A DNA stretch of 64,000 nt from Alphaproteobacteria bacterium (GCA_965232515.1 CBDDPY010000002.1:160001-224000), one strand, 5' to 3'. Positions 1 through 10,015 are shown, numbered from the stretch's first letter. Notes: generated from the sequence alone by a model not told the origin. Numbers and translations: made by a program.

Positions 1-2476
1 GTTGCGCGAACAGCATTAAACCGTAAGCGACATCCTGGGTGACGTTGCTCTTGAACTTGAAGGCGTCGCCGCTGTCGAGACGCGGGGTCAGGTCGAGGCT
101 GTGCAGCACGGCGCAATGCCGTTCGACCTGCGCCCGCTCGGCGTCGATGGGGAAGATGTCGCGCAGAACATCGAGATCGAAGACCCGTCCGACGACGCTC
201 GCCACCTTCATGGTCATCTGCTCCGCCGGAGTCAGACGGTCGATGCGGCTGGTGATCCAACCCTGAACCGTGTCCGGCAGCTCGGCCTGACTGAGGTTGC
301 CGGCCTCGGGGTTCACGATGCATTGGCGGTCTTGGATCGAAACAAGGTTGTTGTCGCGCAGCGCGTAGGCCAGTTCCTCGCAATACATCGGATTGCCTTC
401 GGCCTTTTCGACCAGGACCTTGGCGATGGCATCGGGCAGGTCGTCGCAGCCCAGCCGGTGGCAGACCAGCGCCGTCACGGCATCGGGCGCCAGACCGTCC
501 AGCACGAGATGCGTGGTTTCGCTGCCGGACAGCAGGTTCGTGTAACCGTCCGGCGCATCGGGGCCGAACGGCCGGGCGGTGACCGTAAGGAGTAGCGGCC
601 GGACCTCGCGGGCAACGCAATCCAGCAGCGCCCAGGAGGCCGAGTCGATCCAGTTGACGTCGTTGAGGAACAGGGCGAGCGGCTTCAGTGCGGCGGCGCG
701 TTGCAGCAGATCCGTAAGCAGCGCCTGAGTCCGTTCGGCGCGCGCCTTGCCCGTTAGCGCGGCGGTGTCTTCGTTGTCCTGCCAGTCGAGCGGCATGACG
801 ACGTCAAGCAACGGCGCGAGGCGTCGGATCTCGGGATCGTCCGGCAGCATGTCCAGCAGCTTCGCCCGCTTCGTCGGCAGGTCCGCGTCGAACCGGTCCA
901 GCGGGTATAGCCGGTTGAAGACGCGGCGCCAGGCGCGATAGGGCGTCGCCGTCTCGATTGGATCGCCGGCGCCCGAAAGCACCAGGACGCCGCGGCCCGC
1001 GGCCCGGCGCTGAAACTGCTGCAGCAAATGCGACTTGCCCATGCCGGGCTCGCCCTCGATCACCAGACGGCTGCTGTGCCCCGTGGACAGCAGGGCCTCG
1101 AGACGGTCGTCGAAGAGCTTACGCTCCGTCTCGCGGCCGAACATGCGGTCGGACCCGTGCGGACCGTCGGCCGATTGATCCGCCGCTTCCTGATCCGCCG
1201 CCGGGCGATAGATCGGAATGGGCTCGGTCTTGCCCTTTACCTTGATCGGGTCCAGCACCTCGAACCGCAGGCGGTCCTTCGCCGCATTCCAGGTCGGCCG
1301 GTCGCACAACAACTCGCCCTTCGCCGCCTGCATCAGCCGGGCCGACAGGTTCACGACGTCACCCATGATGGTGTATTCGCGGCGCTTCTCGTTGCCGACC
1401 GCGCCGCAGAAGGCAAGGCCCGTGGTGATGCCGATCGACGAGCGAAAGTTCATGTCGCGCAGATTGGCCTGGATCGCCAACGCCGCGCGCACCGCGCGCT
1501 CGGGGTCGTCCTCGTGCGCCAGCGGCGGCAGGCCGAGCACGGCGATCAGGGAGGCGCCCTTGTCGTCGACGCTGATCTTGTTGAGGCTGCCCTCGAACTG
1601 ATAGAGCGCCTTCTGCATCGACCGCATGGCCGCATGTGCCTTGCCCAGCGCGGCATCGGCGCTGAAGTCCGGCAGGCCGATGAACAGCACGGAAATCCGT
1701 CGCAGCTCCCCCAGCCAATCGGTCTGACCGGCGTCCAGGCGCGCGCGGATGGCGCCCGGGATGAAGGTGCGCAGCGCCGATCCCGCCGTCGGACGTGGTT
1801 GCGGCAGCTCGGCCGGCACGACGGGCAGCGTTTCGTCAACCGACAACAGACGCATGGCGCCGTCGGGGCAGGCCTCGCCGGTGCACTTGTCGCCGATCAG
1901 CGCCCAGGCCTCTTTCGAGACGATGGTGTCGCCCGGCCGGGCATGGTCGTTCGCGGCGCCAACCTGGGCCAGCGGCGGGCCGGCGAGCAGAAACTCCCAA
2001 CGGTCGTAGACACCGCCCAGATGCTCGCACCAGACCTCGCCGACACCGACGGCGAGCTTCATGCGCAGGCGAAAGCTCTCGGCGACCTCATAGTCGTGCA
2101 GCCGTTCCTGCAGCAGCAGGCTGCACTGCGCGATCTCGCGCACGAGGCGCGCCAAATCCTTCTCGCTGCCGTCGCTTTGCCAGAGCGCGAGCAGGGCGTC
2201 GCCGGCGAACTTCGCCGGGTCGCCGCCATAGGCGATGACGAGATCGATGATCTGACCGAAATAGTCGTTCAGCAAACGCGTCAGGTCTTCGGCGCCGGCG
2301 GCGCCCTGTTCGGCCAGCCGCTCGGTCAGCGCCGTGAAGCCGGCGACGTCGGCGAACAGAATGCCGGACGTCAGCTTCTCGACGACAGGCTCGGTGAGGG
2401 CCGACGGGTTCCGGTTCGCGCGCCGCAGGATCAGCGATGGCACATAGCTGGCCAGCGTTTGCAGATGAGCGGTCAA
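1..2476 (-). CDS. Soluble adenylyl cyclase (ADCY10/sAC)-like protein: two class III cyclase domains plus STAND/AAA NTPase; runs off the left edge
   Basis: Not in the ORF track; translated by hand from TTG at 2476: MTAHLQTLASYVP..ILFADVAGFTALTE..KFAGDALLALW (C1); SVLFIGLP..NKISVDDKG..IGITTG..REYTIMGDVVNLSARL (C2); VIEGEPGMGKS (Walker A, about 1030-1060). Start uncertain. Confidence 0.88.
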   Translation of the reverse strand, partial: MTAHLQTLASYVPSLILRRANRNPSALTEPVVEKLTSGILFADVAGFTALTERLAEQGAAGAEDLTRLLNDYFGQIIDLVIAYGGDPAKFAGDALLALWQSDGSEKDLARLVREIAQCSLLLQERLHDYEVAESFRLRMKLAVGVGEVWCEHLGGVYDRWEFLLAGPPLAQVGAANDHARPGDTIVSKEAWALIGDKCTGEACPDGAMRLLSVDETLPVVPAELPQPRPTAGSALRTFIPGAIRARLDAGQTDWLGELRRISVLFIGLPDFSADAALGKAHAAMRSMQKALYQFEGSLNKISVDDKGASLIAVLGLPPLAHEDDPERAVRAALAIQANLRDMNFRSSIGITTGLAFCGAVGNEKRREYTIMGDVVNLSARLMQAAKGELLCDRPTWNAAKDRLRFEVLDPIKVKGKTEPIPIYRPAADQEAADQSADGPHGSDRMFGRETERKLFDDRLEALLSTGHSSRLVIEGEPGMGKSHLLQQFQRRAAGRGVLVLSGAGDPIETATPYRAWRRVFNRLYPLDRFDADLPTKRAKLLDMLPDDPEIRRLAPLLDVVMPLDWQDNEDTAALTGKARAERTQALLTDLLQRAAALKPLALFLNDVNWIDSASWALLDCVAREVRPLLLTVTARPFGPDAPDGYTNLLSGSETTHLVLDGLAPDAVTALVCHRLGCDDLPDAIAKVLVEKAEGNPMYCEELAYALRDNNLVSIQDRQCIVNPEAGNLSQAELPDTVQGWITSRIDRLTPAEQMTMKVASVVGRVFDLDVLRDIFPIDAERAQVERHCAVLHSLDLTPRLDSGDAFKFKSNVTQDVAYGLMLFAQ

Positions 2477-2617
2477 GCCGAACGCACCTATTTGGAGAAT
2501 GGCCCCCAAACAATAACGTACGTTAACTTAATGGAGCGCTAAACATCTATTAACGGCCGGCTAATGCCTGTATCTCGGTTATTGGGCAAAGTCTGGCCAA
2601 CCAGTTGATTTCCTTCC

Positions 2618-3766
2618 ATGATCGCGGCCGACATGATCGACAACCAGCGCCACCTGTTCGACCTGCCCGACGATGTCGTCTATCTGCGTTGCACGGCCAG
2701 CGCGCCGCAGCTGAAGTCCGTCTACGAGGCCGGACGGCTGGGCCTGGCGAAGAAATCGCGACCGTGGCGCATCGGCGCGCGCGAGACCTTCGATGACGTC
2801 GAGCGACTGCGCGCGCTGTTCGCCGGTTTGATCGGCGCCGAGGCCGCTGATGTGGCGATTGCGCCATCGGCCAGCTATGGCCTGTCGACCGCGGCGGCGA
2901 ACCTGACCGTCGGCGAGGGGCGGGACGTCGTGGTCCTGGCGCGGCAGTTTCCCTCGAACGTTTATCCCTGGCGCGCGCTGGTGCGCCGGGATGGCGGCCG
3001 AATCCTGACCGTCGAACGGCCGTCCAATGACGATTGGACGGCGGCTGTTCTGGCCAGCACCGGCCCCTCCACGGCCATCGTCGCGTTGCCGCAATGCCAC
3101 TGGCTCGACGGCGCCGTGCTTGACCTCGAGGCCATCGGCCGCCGGGCGCGCGACGTCGGCGCGGCGCTGGTGCTGGATCTGAGTCAGTCCCTGGGCGCGG
3201 TTCCGTTCGATGTCGGCGCGGTGCAGCCGGACTTCCTTGTTGCGGTGGCCGAGAAATGGCTGCTCGGCCCCTATCAGCTGGCGTTTCTCTACGCCGCGCC
3301 GTCGCGCCAGGACGGCGAGCCGATCGAGCAGACCTGGATCGGCCGGTCCGAGAGCGAGAACTATGCCAGGCTGGTCGACTACCGGGACGGCTATCAGCCC
3401 GGCGCGCGGCGGTTCGATGTCGGCGAACGCGGCAACTTCGTCAGCGTGCCGATGGCGATCCAGGCGCTGCGCCAGATCGCCGACTGGCGGGTCGACGCCA
3501 TCGCGGCGACGCTGAAGCCGTTGATCGACGAGACCGCCGACCGGGCCGCGGCGATCGGCCTGACGCCCGTACCGGCGGCGGCGCGCGCGCCGCACATGAT
3601 CGGCCTGCGGGCGCACGCCGGACTGCCTGCCAAGCTCGGCGACCGACTGGCTGACCGGGGTATCTTCGTGTCGGTTCGGGATCAGGTCGTTCGCGTCGCC
3701 CCGCACGTCTATAACGACCGCAACGATCTCGATCGTCTGTTCGCGACGCTGACGGACCTGCTCTGA
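2618..3766 (+). CDS. Class V PLP-dependent aminotransferase / cysteine desulfurase-like enzyme
   Basis: LDLSQSLGAVPFD, AEKWLLGP (PLP Lys), QFPSNVYPW, VRVAPHVYN motifs; alternative start at 2633. Confidence 0.85.
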   Translation: MIAADMIDNQRHLFDLPDDVVYLRCTASAPQLKSVYEAGRLGLAKKSRPWRIGARETFDDVERLRALFAGLIGAEAADVAIAPSASYGLSTAAANLTVGEGRDVVVLARQFPSNVYPWRALVRRDGGRILTVERPSNDDWTAAVLASTGPSTAIVALPQCHWLDGAVLDLEAIGRRARDVGAALVLDLSQSLGAVPFDVGAVQPDFLVAVAEKWLLGPYQLAFLYAAPSRQDGEPIEQTWIGRSESENYARLVDYRDGYQPGARRFDVGERGNFVSVPMAIQALRQIADWRVDAIAATLKPLIDETADRAAAIGLTPVPAAARAPHMIGLRAHAGLPAKLGDRLADRGIFVSVRDQVVRVAPHVYNDRNDLDRLFATLTDLL

Positions 3767-3984
3767 GTCGCGAGTTCGGCATGCCTCGCGCCATATTGCG
3801 CGCACGCCGATTTCCATTAGACTGACTGCCTCGGACCTTGTGAGTTGCTCGCACAAAGCCGAAACGGTCGCGAAAGAAGCCGGTCGGTGAAGGGGAGGGG
3901 TCGCGATTTTTACGTGCTCTGTCGACGCTGAGCCATTCGTCGCGGCGCTAGGCCTGTCGGTCCTGGCGCGGCTGGGCGGATAAG

Positions 3985-5082
3985 ATGTCCGACCTGCGTC
4001 TTTCCGGCGTAACCAAGCGCTACGGCGAGGTCGAGGCGCTGCGCGGCGTCGACCTGAACGTCGAGGCCGGCGAGTTCTTTTGCCTGCTTGGCCCCAGCGC
4101 CGCCGGCAAGACCACCACATTGCGCGCGATCGCCGGTTTGGAGCGTGCCGATGACGGTCGCATCGTGTTCGCCGGTCAGGATCTGACCGACGCGCCGGTG
4201 CAGGGCCGCGACATGGCCATGATCTTCCAGACCTTCGCGCTCTACCCGCATCTGACGGTGCGGGACAACTTCGCTTATCCCTTGCGTGAAGCTGGCGTCG
4301 ATCGGGGCGAGATCGACCGACGCATCGGCGAGATTGCCGAGATGCTCAGGGTCGGGCATACGCTCGACCGCAAGCCGGCGACGTTGAGCGGCGGCGAGCA
4401 ACAGCGCGTCGCCATCGGCCGGGCGTTGATCCGCCGGCCGAAGCTGCTGCTGCTGGATGAGCCGTTGACCAACCTCGACGCCAAGCTGCGGCACGAGACC
4501 CGGGCCGAGTTCAAGCGTCTGCACCGCGAGTTCGGTATGACCATGATCTATGCCACGCCCGACCAGCTCGAGGCGCTGAGCATGGGCCAGCGCGTCGGCG
4601 TCATTCGGGACGGCCGGATCGTGCAGGCCGACACGCCGCGCGATCTCTATGCGCTGCCCGACGACGAGTTCGTGGCGACGCTGGTTGGCGCGCCGGCAAT
4701 GAACCTGGTGCCTGGCGTGCGGCGCGGTGGCGATCCGGCGGCGGCGATCGAGTTGCCGTTCGCGCAGGTGACGGACGGCCCCTGGACCGGCGCGTTACAG
4801 CGCTTTGCCGACGGCGCCGAGCTGACCTTCGGGATCCGGCCAACCGACATCGCGCCCGCGGCCGGCGATGCCCACGGTCCGCGCTTCGCGGCCGAAGTGC
4901 ACCTGACGGAGCCGCTGGGCGATATCACCATTCTCGACCTGATCGCCGGCGGCGTCATGGTCAAGATGGTGCTGCCAGAGGAACGGGCGCTGGACTACAC
5001 GGTCGGCGACCGGCTCGACGTCGAGATCAGGGTCGAGCACAGCCATGTTTTCACCCGCGATACGGGGGTCGCGGTGAGGTAG
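3985..5082 (+). CDS. Carbohydrate ABC transporter ATP-binding subunit (MalK family)
   Basis: GPSAAGKT Walker A, LSGGEQQR signature, LLLDEP Walker B, C-terminal TOBE-like region; H-switch reads YATPDQ. Confidence 0.93.
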   Translation: MSDLRLSGVTKRYGEVEALRGVDLNVEAGEFFCLLGPSAAGKTTTLRAIAGLERADDGRIVFAGQDLTDAPVQGRDMAMIFQTFALYPHLTVRDNFAYPLREAGVDRGEIDRRIGEIAEMLRVGHTLDRKPATLSGGEQQRVAIGRALIRRPKLLLLDEPLTNLDAKLRHETRAEFKRLHREFGMTMIYATPDQLEALSMGQRVGVIRDGRIVQADTPRDLYALPDDEFVATLVGAPAMNLVPGVRRGGDPAAAIELPFAQVTDGPWTGALQRFADGAELTFGIRPTDIAPAAGDAHGPRFAAEVHLTEPLGDITILDLIAGGVMVKMVLPEERALDYTVGDRLDVEIRVEHSHVFTRDTGVAVR

Positions 5083-5123
5083 TCGCACAACGACAACAAA
5101 AGCTTCAGGAGGAGGAGACGGAT

Positions 5124-6560
5124 ATGAGTGTAATGAGCAAATTCGGCGGTGTCGTTGCCGCCGGCGTGGCGGTGTCGCTGCTGAGCAGCGTCGCCATGAC
5201 CACATCGTCGGCGGCGAAGGACATTGTTCTGCGCATGGCGGTGCCGGACTGGCCGCCGACCAGGATCATGAAGGACTTGGCCGACAAGCACTACAAGGCG
5301 CCGAGCGGCAACAACGTGGTGCTGGAGCCGGATTTCATTCCCTGGCCGAACTACTACGAACGGCTGGCGGCCTCGTTGACCTCGGGCGAGCAGAAGTACC
5401 AGATGGCCGTCTCGGACAGCCAATGGCTGGGCGCCTTCATCGAGGGCGGCTACTTCATGAAGATCAACGCGTTCATCGATGCGGATCCCGAGCTGCAGGC
5501 GATCTTCGCGGACCTGCATCCGAACCTGGTCGACGCCTATTCGACCTATCCGCATAAGACCAAGAACTACTATGGCTTCCCGCAGATGCCGGACGTGTTG
5601 ATCACGTATTTCCGCAAGGACCTGTTCTGCAACGCGGACGAGCAGGCGGCGTTCCAGGCCAAGTACGGCTACAAGCTGCCTTGCACGGCGGCCGAGATGA
5701 ACGAAGCCGATTGGGACGTGGTCGCCGATATCGGCGAGTTCTTCACCCGCAGCGCCGGCGCGAAGCTCGCCGGTGAGGCGCTGGCCGACGACTTCTACGG
5801 CATCGCCTACCAGGCCGGTAAGGGCTACGACTTCTCGTCGATGCAGATCAACGGCTTCATCTGGCAGCATGGCGGCAACATTTGGGACGAGACCAACGAG
5901 CCCGAGGGCCGCGCCATCGGCGTCGTGAACTCGCCCGAGTCCGTGAAGGGCTTCGACCACTATCTGTCGATGCTGAAGCACATGCCGCCGGTCGTGAAGA
6001 CGGGCTCGATGGACATCTTCAAGGTCGACGAGCTGTTCCGCGAGGGTCGCGTCGCCTGGATCATCCAGTGGATCGGCTTCGCCGAGTCGGCCATCACGCC
6101 GGCGACCTCGAAGGTGGCAGACAAGGTCGACTTCGCGCGTATGCCGGGCCTCAAGACATCAGACGGCAAGATGTCGCGTTGGTCCAACATCGGTGGGCAG
6201 CCGTTCGTCATGACCACCTGGAACAGCGACGAAGTGACCAAGGAAGCGCTCGACTTCGTGAAGTGGTGGCTGTCGAAAGAGGTGCAGGTGATGTTCGCCA
6301 AGGCCGGCGGTCAGAGCGGGTTGCGCAGCGTGCACAACGCGGACGACTACAAGACCTTCCGGCCGTGGAACCACGCTTTCGGCCCGAGCCTCGATTGGCA
6401 GAAGGACGTTTGGCACGTGCCCGAGTTCTTCGAGCTGCTGGTCCAGCAGCAGGAAGAGTTCGACAAGGCGATCACCGGTCAGAAGTCGGGCAAGGAAGCG
6501 CTCGACGCGATCGCCGAGTTCCAGGAAGAGCTGCTGATCGAAGCAGGTCGCATTCAGTAA
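5124..6560 (+). CDS. Sugar ABC transporter substrate-binding protein
   Basis: Signal peptide, RBS aggaggag, CUT1 SBP-like segments (YYGFPQMPD..YFRKDLF; EALDFVKWWLS), operon context. Confidence 0.9.
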   Translation: MSVMSKFGGVVAAGVAVSLLSSVAMTTSSAAKDIVLRMAVPDWPPTRIMKDLADKHYKAPSGNNVVLEPDFIPWPNYYERLAASLTSGEQKYQMAVSDSQWLGAFIEGGYFMKINAFIDADPELQAIFADLHPNLVDAYSTYPHKTKNYYGFPQMPDVLITYFRKDLFCNADEQAAFQAKYGYKLPCTAAEMNEADWDVVADIGEFFTRSAGAKLAGEALADDFYGIAYQAGKGYDFSSMQINGFIWQHGGNIWDETNEPEGRAIGVVNSPESVKGFDHYLSMLKHMPPVVKTGSMDIFKVDELFREGRVAWIIQWIGFAESAITPATSKVADKVDFARMPGLKTSDGKMSRWSNIGGQPFVMTTWNSDEVTKEALDFVKWWLSKEVQVMFAKAGGQSGLRSVHNADDYKTFRPWNHAFGPSLDWQKDVWHVPEFFELLVQQQEEFDKAITGQKSGKEALDAIAEFQEELLIEAGRIQ

Positions 6561-6580
6561 CCGGAAATGGCGTACCCGGT

Positions 6581-6613
6581 TCGGCCGGCGGAGCGATGGT
6601 CTCCGCCGGCCGA
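6581..6613 (+). terminator. GC-rich stem-loop after the SBP gene (mRNA stabiliser or partial terminator)
   Basis: tcggccggcggag-cgatggt-ctccgccggccga, perfect 13-bp stem, no U-tract. Confidence 0.6.
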
Positions 6614-6659
6614 CCGGTGCTGATAAGCGTATCGAGAGGTCCCGTGCAGAACGTCCGCC

Positions 6660-7718
6660 ATGTCCGCGTTGAGTGCTGATGCCGGCCAGCCGGGGGGCTG
6701 GCTCAATCCGTCCTGGTCGAACTGGCGGCCGCCACTGTTGGCTGCGTTGGTCATCGTGCCGGGATCGGTCTTTGTCCTGCCGCTAGACATCGCGTTCTGG
6801 GTCAGTCTCGCCGCCGTGGCGCTGGTCGCTTTAACGGCCGTGGTGAACGCCTGGGGCAAGCACAACGGACCATTGCTGGTGGCGCCGGCGCTGGCGCTGC
6901 TGTTCGTGATGAACATCTTCCCGCTGATGTGGTCGTTCGGCCTCAGCTTCTATCACTACCGCGCCAACCGCTTGGCGCCGCCGCGCTTCTCCGGCCTCTA
7001 CTACTACGAAAAGGTCTTGAGCGATCCCGCTGTCTGGGAGCGATTGCAGACCACGGCGCTGGTCGTCCTACTGACGGTCGGCGCGCAAATGATTGTCGGT
7101 TTCCTGCTGGCGCTGCTGTTCGAGAAGGAGTTTCCGGGCCGCCGCGTGTTGCTGATGCTGGTGCTGACGCCGATGATGTTGAGCTATGTCGCCGTCGGCG
7201 CCTTCTTCCGGTTCTACTACGAGCCGACCTTCGGCCTGCTGAGCCAGACCGTCAAAGCGTTCACCGGCGAGACCTTCATCCTGCTCGACTCCACCGCGGG
7301 CGCGCTTGCCGGCATCGTCTTCGCCGACGCCTGGATGTGGTCGCCCTTCGTCATGCTGTTGGTGCTGGCAGGGCTGGTCAGCGTGCCGAAGTATCTTTAC
7401 GAGGCGGCCGAGATTGACCGGGCGTCCTGGTGGCGGCGCTTCCGCACCATCACGTTCCCCTACATCCGCGGCCTGCTGTTGCTGGCGCTGCTGTTCCGAA
7501 CCATCGAGGCCTTCAAGCTGTTCGACATCGTCTTCCTGCTGACCGACGGCGGGCCCGGCACCTCGACCGAGACCATCGCCGTCTTCGTCTACCGCATGGC
7601 GTTTCAGTATTTCCGGACCAGCCAGTCCTCGGCGCTGGCCTACATCCTGCTGTTCATCGTCATCGTATTGACGAACCTCTATCTCTATTTCGTGCGCCAG
7701 CGCGCGCAGGAGGCCTGA
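6660..7718 (+). CDS. Carbohydrate ABC transporter permease (MalF-like)
   Basis: Multiple TM helices, EAA motif LYEAAEIDRASWWRRFRTITFP. Confidence 0.93.
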   Translation: MSALSADAGQPGGWLNPSWSNWRPPLLAALVIVPGSVFVLPLDIAFWVSLAAVALVALTAVVNAWGKHNGPLLVAPALALLFVMNIFPLMWSFGLSFYHYRANRLAPPRFSGLYYYEKVLSDPAVWERLQTTALVVLLTVGAQMIVGFLLALLFEKEFPGRRVLLMLVLTPMMLSYVAVGAFFRFYYEPTFGLLSQTVKAFTGETFILLDSTAGALAGIVFADAWMWSPFVMLLVLAGLVSVPKYLYEAAEIDRASWWRRFRTITFPYIRGLLLLALLFRTIEAFKLFDIVFLLTDGGPGTSTETIAVFVYRMAFQYFRTSQSSALAYILLFIVIVLTNLYLYFVRQRAQEA

Positions 7719-7721
7719 GCG

Positions 7722-8597
7722 ATGGCGCGATCACGGGAACGACGCGGGGTGGGCAAGGCCGGCTGGCTGTGGACCTGCGGGACCGCTGTCGTGTCGTTCT
7801 GCTATTTCTTCCCCGTGCTCTGGATCATCCTGACGGCGTTCAAGACCCACAACGACGCGCTGGCGATCCCGCCGAAGTTCTTCTTCACGCCGACGCTGGA
7901 GAATTTCGTCGGCGTGTTCAGCCGCGCCTATATCAAGGGCCAGGCGGCGGTCAATACCGGCTTCGATCTGTTCTTCTTCAACTCGGTCTTCATCGCCGGC
8001 TCCAGCGTCATCGTGGCGCTGATCCTGGGCACGCTCGCCGCCTACGGCTTCTCGCGCTATCCGCTCAAGGGCAACGACACCTATCTGTTCATCATCCTGA
8101 CGACGCGCATGCTGCCGCCGATCGTCGTCATCATCCCGATCTTCCTGATGTTCCGCGTATCGGGCCTCAGCGGCACCTATCTCGGCATCATCCTGCTCTA
8201 TGCCGCCTTCAACCTGCCGTTCGCCGTCTGGATGATGAAGAGCTTCTTCGACGAGCTGTCGCCCGATGTCGAAGACGCGGCGCGTGTCGACGGCAGCTCC
8301 GACCGCCGGGTGTTCTTCAAGATCTGCCTGCCGCAGGTCAAGGCCGGACTGGCCGCGACCGCCGTCTTCGGCCTGATCCTGACCTGGAACGAGTTCCTGT
8401 TCGCGCTGCTGCTGACCGGCGTCGAGACGCGAACCGTGCCGGTGGCCATGGCGCAGACCATCGGCGGCGACATCGGCGTGCGCTGGGGCCTGCTGGCGGC
8501 GATCGAAACCTTGTTCCTGATTCCGGTGATCGTCGTCGTCTTCCTGCTGCAGAACCATCTGCTGCGCGGCGTCACCTTCGGCACGATCAAGCGCTGA
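7722..8597 (+). CDS. Carbohydrate ABC transporter permease (MalG-like)
   Basis: EAA-like VEDAARVDGSS, TWNEFLFA motif. Confidence 0.93.
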   Translation: MARSRERRGVGKAGWLWTCGTAVVSFCYFFPVLWIILTAFKTHNDALAIPPKFFFTPTLENFVGVFSRAYIKGQAAVNTGFDLFFFNSVFIAGSSVIVALILGTLAAYGFSRYPLKGNDTYLFIILTTRMLPPIVVIIPIFLMFRVSGLSGTYLGIILLYAAFNLPFAVWMMKSFFDELSPDVEDAARVDGSSDRRVFFKICLPQVKAGLAATAVFGLILTWNEFLFALLLTGVETRTVPVAMAQTIGGDIGVRWGLLAAIETLFLIPVIVVVFLLQNHLLRGVTFGTIKR

Positions 8598-8611
8598 GGG
8601 ACAGAGACGGT

Positions 8612-9691
8612 ATGTCGACCATCGAGCTCACTGGCCTGACCAAGCAGTTCGGTCCGCTGACCGCGGTCAACGATGTCGATCTGGATGTTGGCGCCGGCGA
8701 GGTCGTCTGCCTGCTCGGACCGTCGGGCTGCGGCAAGACCACAACCCTGCGCATGATCGCCGGCCTGGAATCGGCGACATCAGGCGACGTTCGCATCGGT
8801 GGCAAACGGGTCAACGAGCTCAGTCCGCGGGCCCGCGATGTGGCCATGGTGTTTCAGTTCTACGCGCTTTATCCGACGCTGTCGGTGGCGGAGAACCTGG
8901 CCTATCCGCTGCACGCCGAAAGAATGCCGCCGCCGGAGATCGCGGCACGGGTGCGCCGGGTCAGCGAGATCCTGCATCTCGACGAGGTTCAGCACCGCCT
9001 GCCGGGCCAGTTGGCGGAAGGCGAGAAACAGCGGGTGGCGGTCGGCAGGGCGATCATTCGCGACCCCAGCTGTTTTCTGTTCGACGAGCCGCTGAGCCGT
9101 CTCGACGTACAGCTGCGCGAGACCATGCGCGGCCAGATCAAGGAGGTCCTAGCAGGGCTCAGCCGCGCCACTGTCATCGTCACGCACGATCAGCTCGAGG
9201 CGCTGACCATGGCGGACCGCATCGCCGTGATGCGCGACGGCCGCATCGAGCAGTTCGCCTCGCCGCATGACATCTTTGCCAAGCCGGCGAACCTGTTCGT
9301 CGCCGGCTTTATCGGCACGCCGCAAATGAACCTGCTGCCGGCCACGTTCATCGGCCGCGACGGCGAGGTCGGGCGCTTCCAGACCGGCGGACAAGAGGTC
9401 GCCATGGCGATCAACGGCGCTGATTTGTCAGCGGACGATCCGGTGACGCTCGGCATCCGGCCGCGCAGCCTGCAGCTTGCCTCGGAAGCGCGTGCCGACA
9501 CGATGTCGGCCGTTGTCGATCTGATCGAGCCCATGGGCGCGGAGACGTTGCTTCACCTTGTCGAGGGCGAACAGGAGTTACGGGTCGTGGTCGACCACCG
9601 ATCCGAGCCGGCGGTGGGTGAGCGCGTGCATGTGGCGCTCAGACCTGAGCAGACGCATTTCTTCGACCGGCTGGAACGGCGGATCACGTGA
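8612..9691 (+). CDS. Second carbohydrate ABC ATP-binding subunit
   Basis: Real start MSTIELTG at 8612 inside the 7430..9691 ORF; GPSGCGKT, FLFDEP, VTHDQ; signature degenerate (LAEGEKQR). Confidence 0.92.
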   Translation: MSTIELTGLTKQFGPLTAVNDVDLDVGAGEVVCLLGPSGCGKTTTLRMIAGLESATSGDVRIGGKRVNELSPRARDVAMVFQFYALYPTLSVAENLAYPLHAERMPPPEIAARVRRVSEILHLDEVQHRLPGQLAEGEKQRVAVGRAIIRDPSCFLFDEPLSRLDVQLRETMRGQIKEVLAGLSRATVIVTHDQLEALTMADRIAVMRDGRIEQFASPHDIFAKPANLFVAGFIGTPQMNLLPATFIGRDGEVGRFQTGGQEVAMAINGADLSADDPVTLGIRPRSLQLASEARADTMSAVVDLIEPMGAETLLHLVEGEQELRVVVDHRSEPAVGERVHVALRPEQTHFFDRLERRIT

Positions 9692-10002
9692 TGGCCGAGC
9701 AACCGAACGATCCCGGCATGACACGCCGCCAGGCGCGCGCCATCGAATGGGGCATCATCGCGTTGTGTCTCGTGTCGCTGATCTTCATCTTCCAGCCGTT
9801 CACGATGCCGCTGTTCAGCATCGGCGCCGGGCTGGTCGTGCTGGGCGGCCTGATGTTCAATCTGGTGCCGCTGTGCCGGCCGGGCGTGCCGTTGCGCAGC
9901 GTCATCAACGCCGCGGCGATCGTGTTCGGCATACTTGTTGTCGCCATCGGCCTGGCGATCGGCTCGGCCGAGCTCTACGCCATCTATCTTCGCAGCGCCT
10001 GA
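9688..10002 (+). CDS. Small hypothetical membrane protein (about 3 TM) in the ABC operon
   Basis: Hydrophobic 104-aa ORF, start overlaps the upstream stop, host-like codon usage. Confidence 0.7.
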   Translation: MMAEQPNDPGMTRRQARAIEWGIIALCLVSLIFIFQPFTMPLFSIGAGLVVLGGLMFNLVPLCRPGVPLRSVINAAAIVFGILVVAIGLAIGSAELYAIYLRSA

Positions 10003-10015
10003 CGGAAACCCAGCC

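Noticed and set aside
1028-2542. 504-aa plus-strand ORF
   Set aside because: Antisense shadow of the minus-strand cyclase; no motifs of its own.
7430-8611. Apparent 753-aa ABC ATPase with a long N-terminal extension
   Set aside because: The extension is an off-frame read through the permease genes; the real start is 8612.
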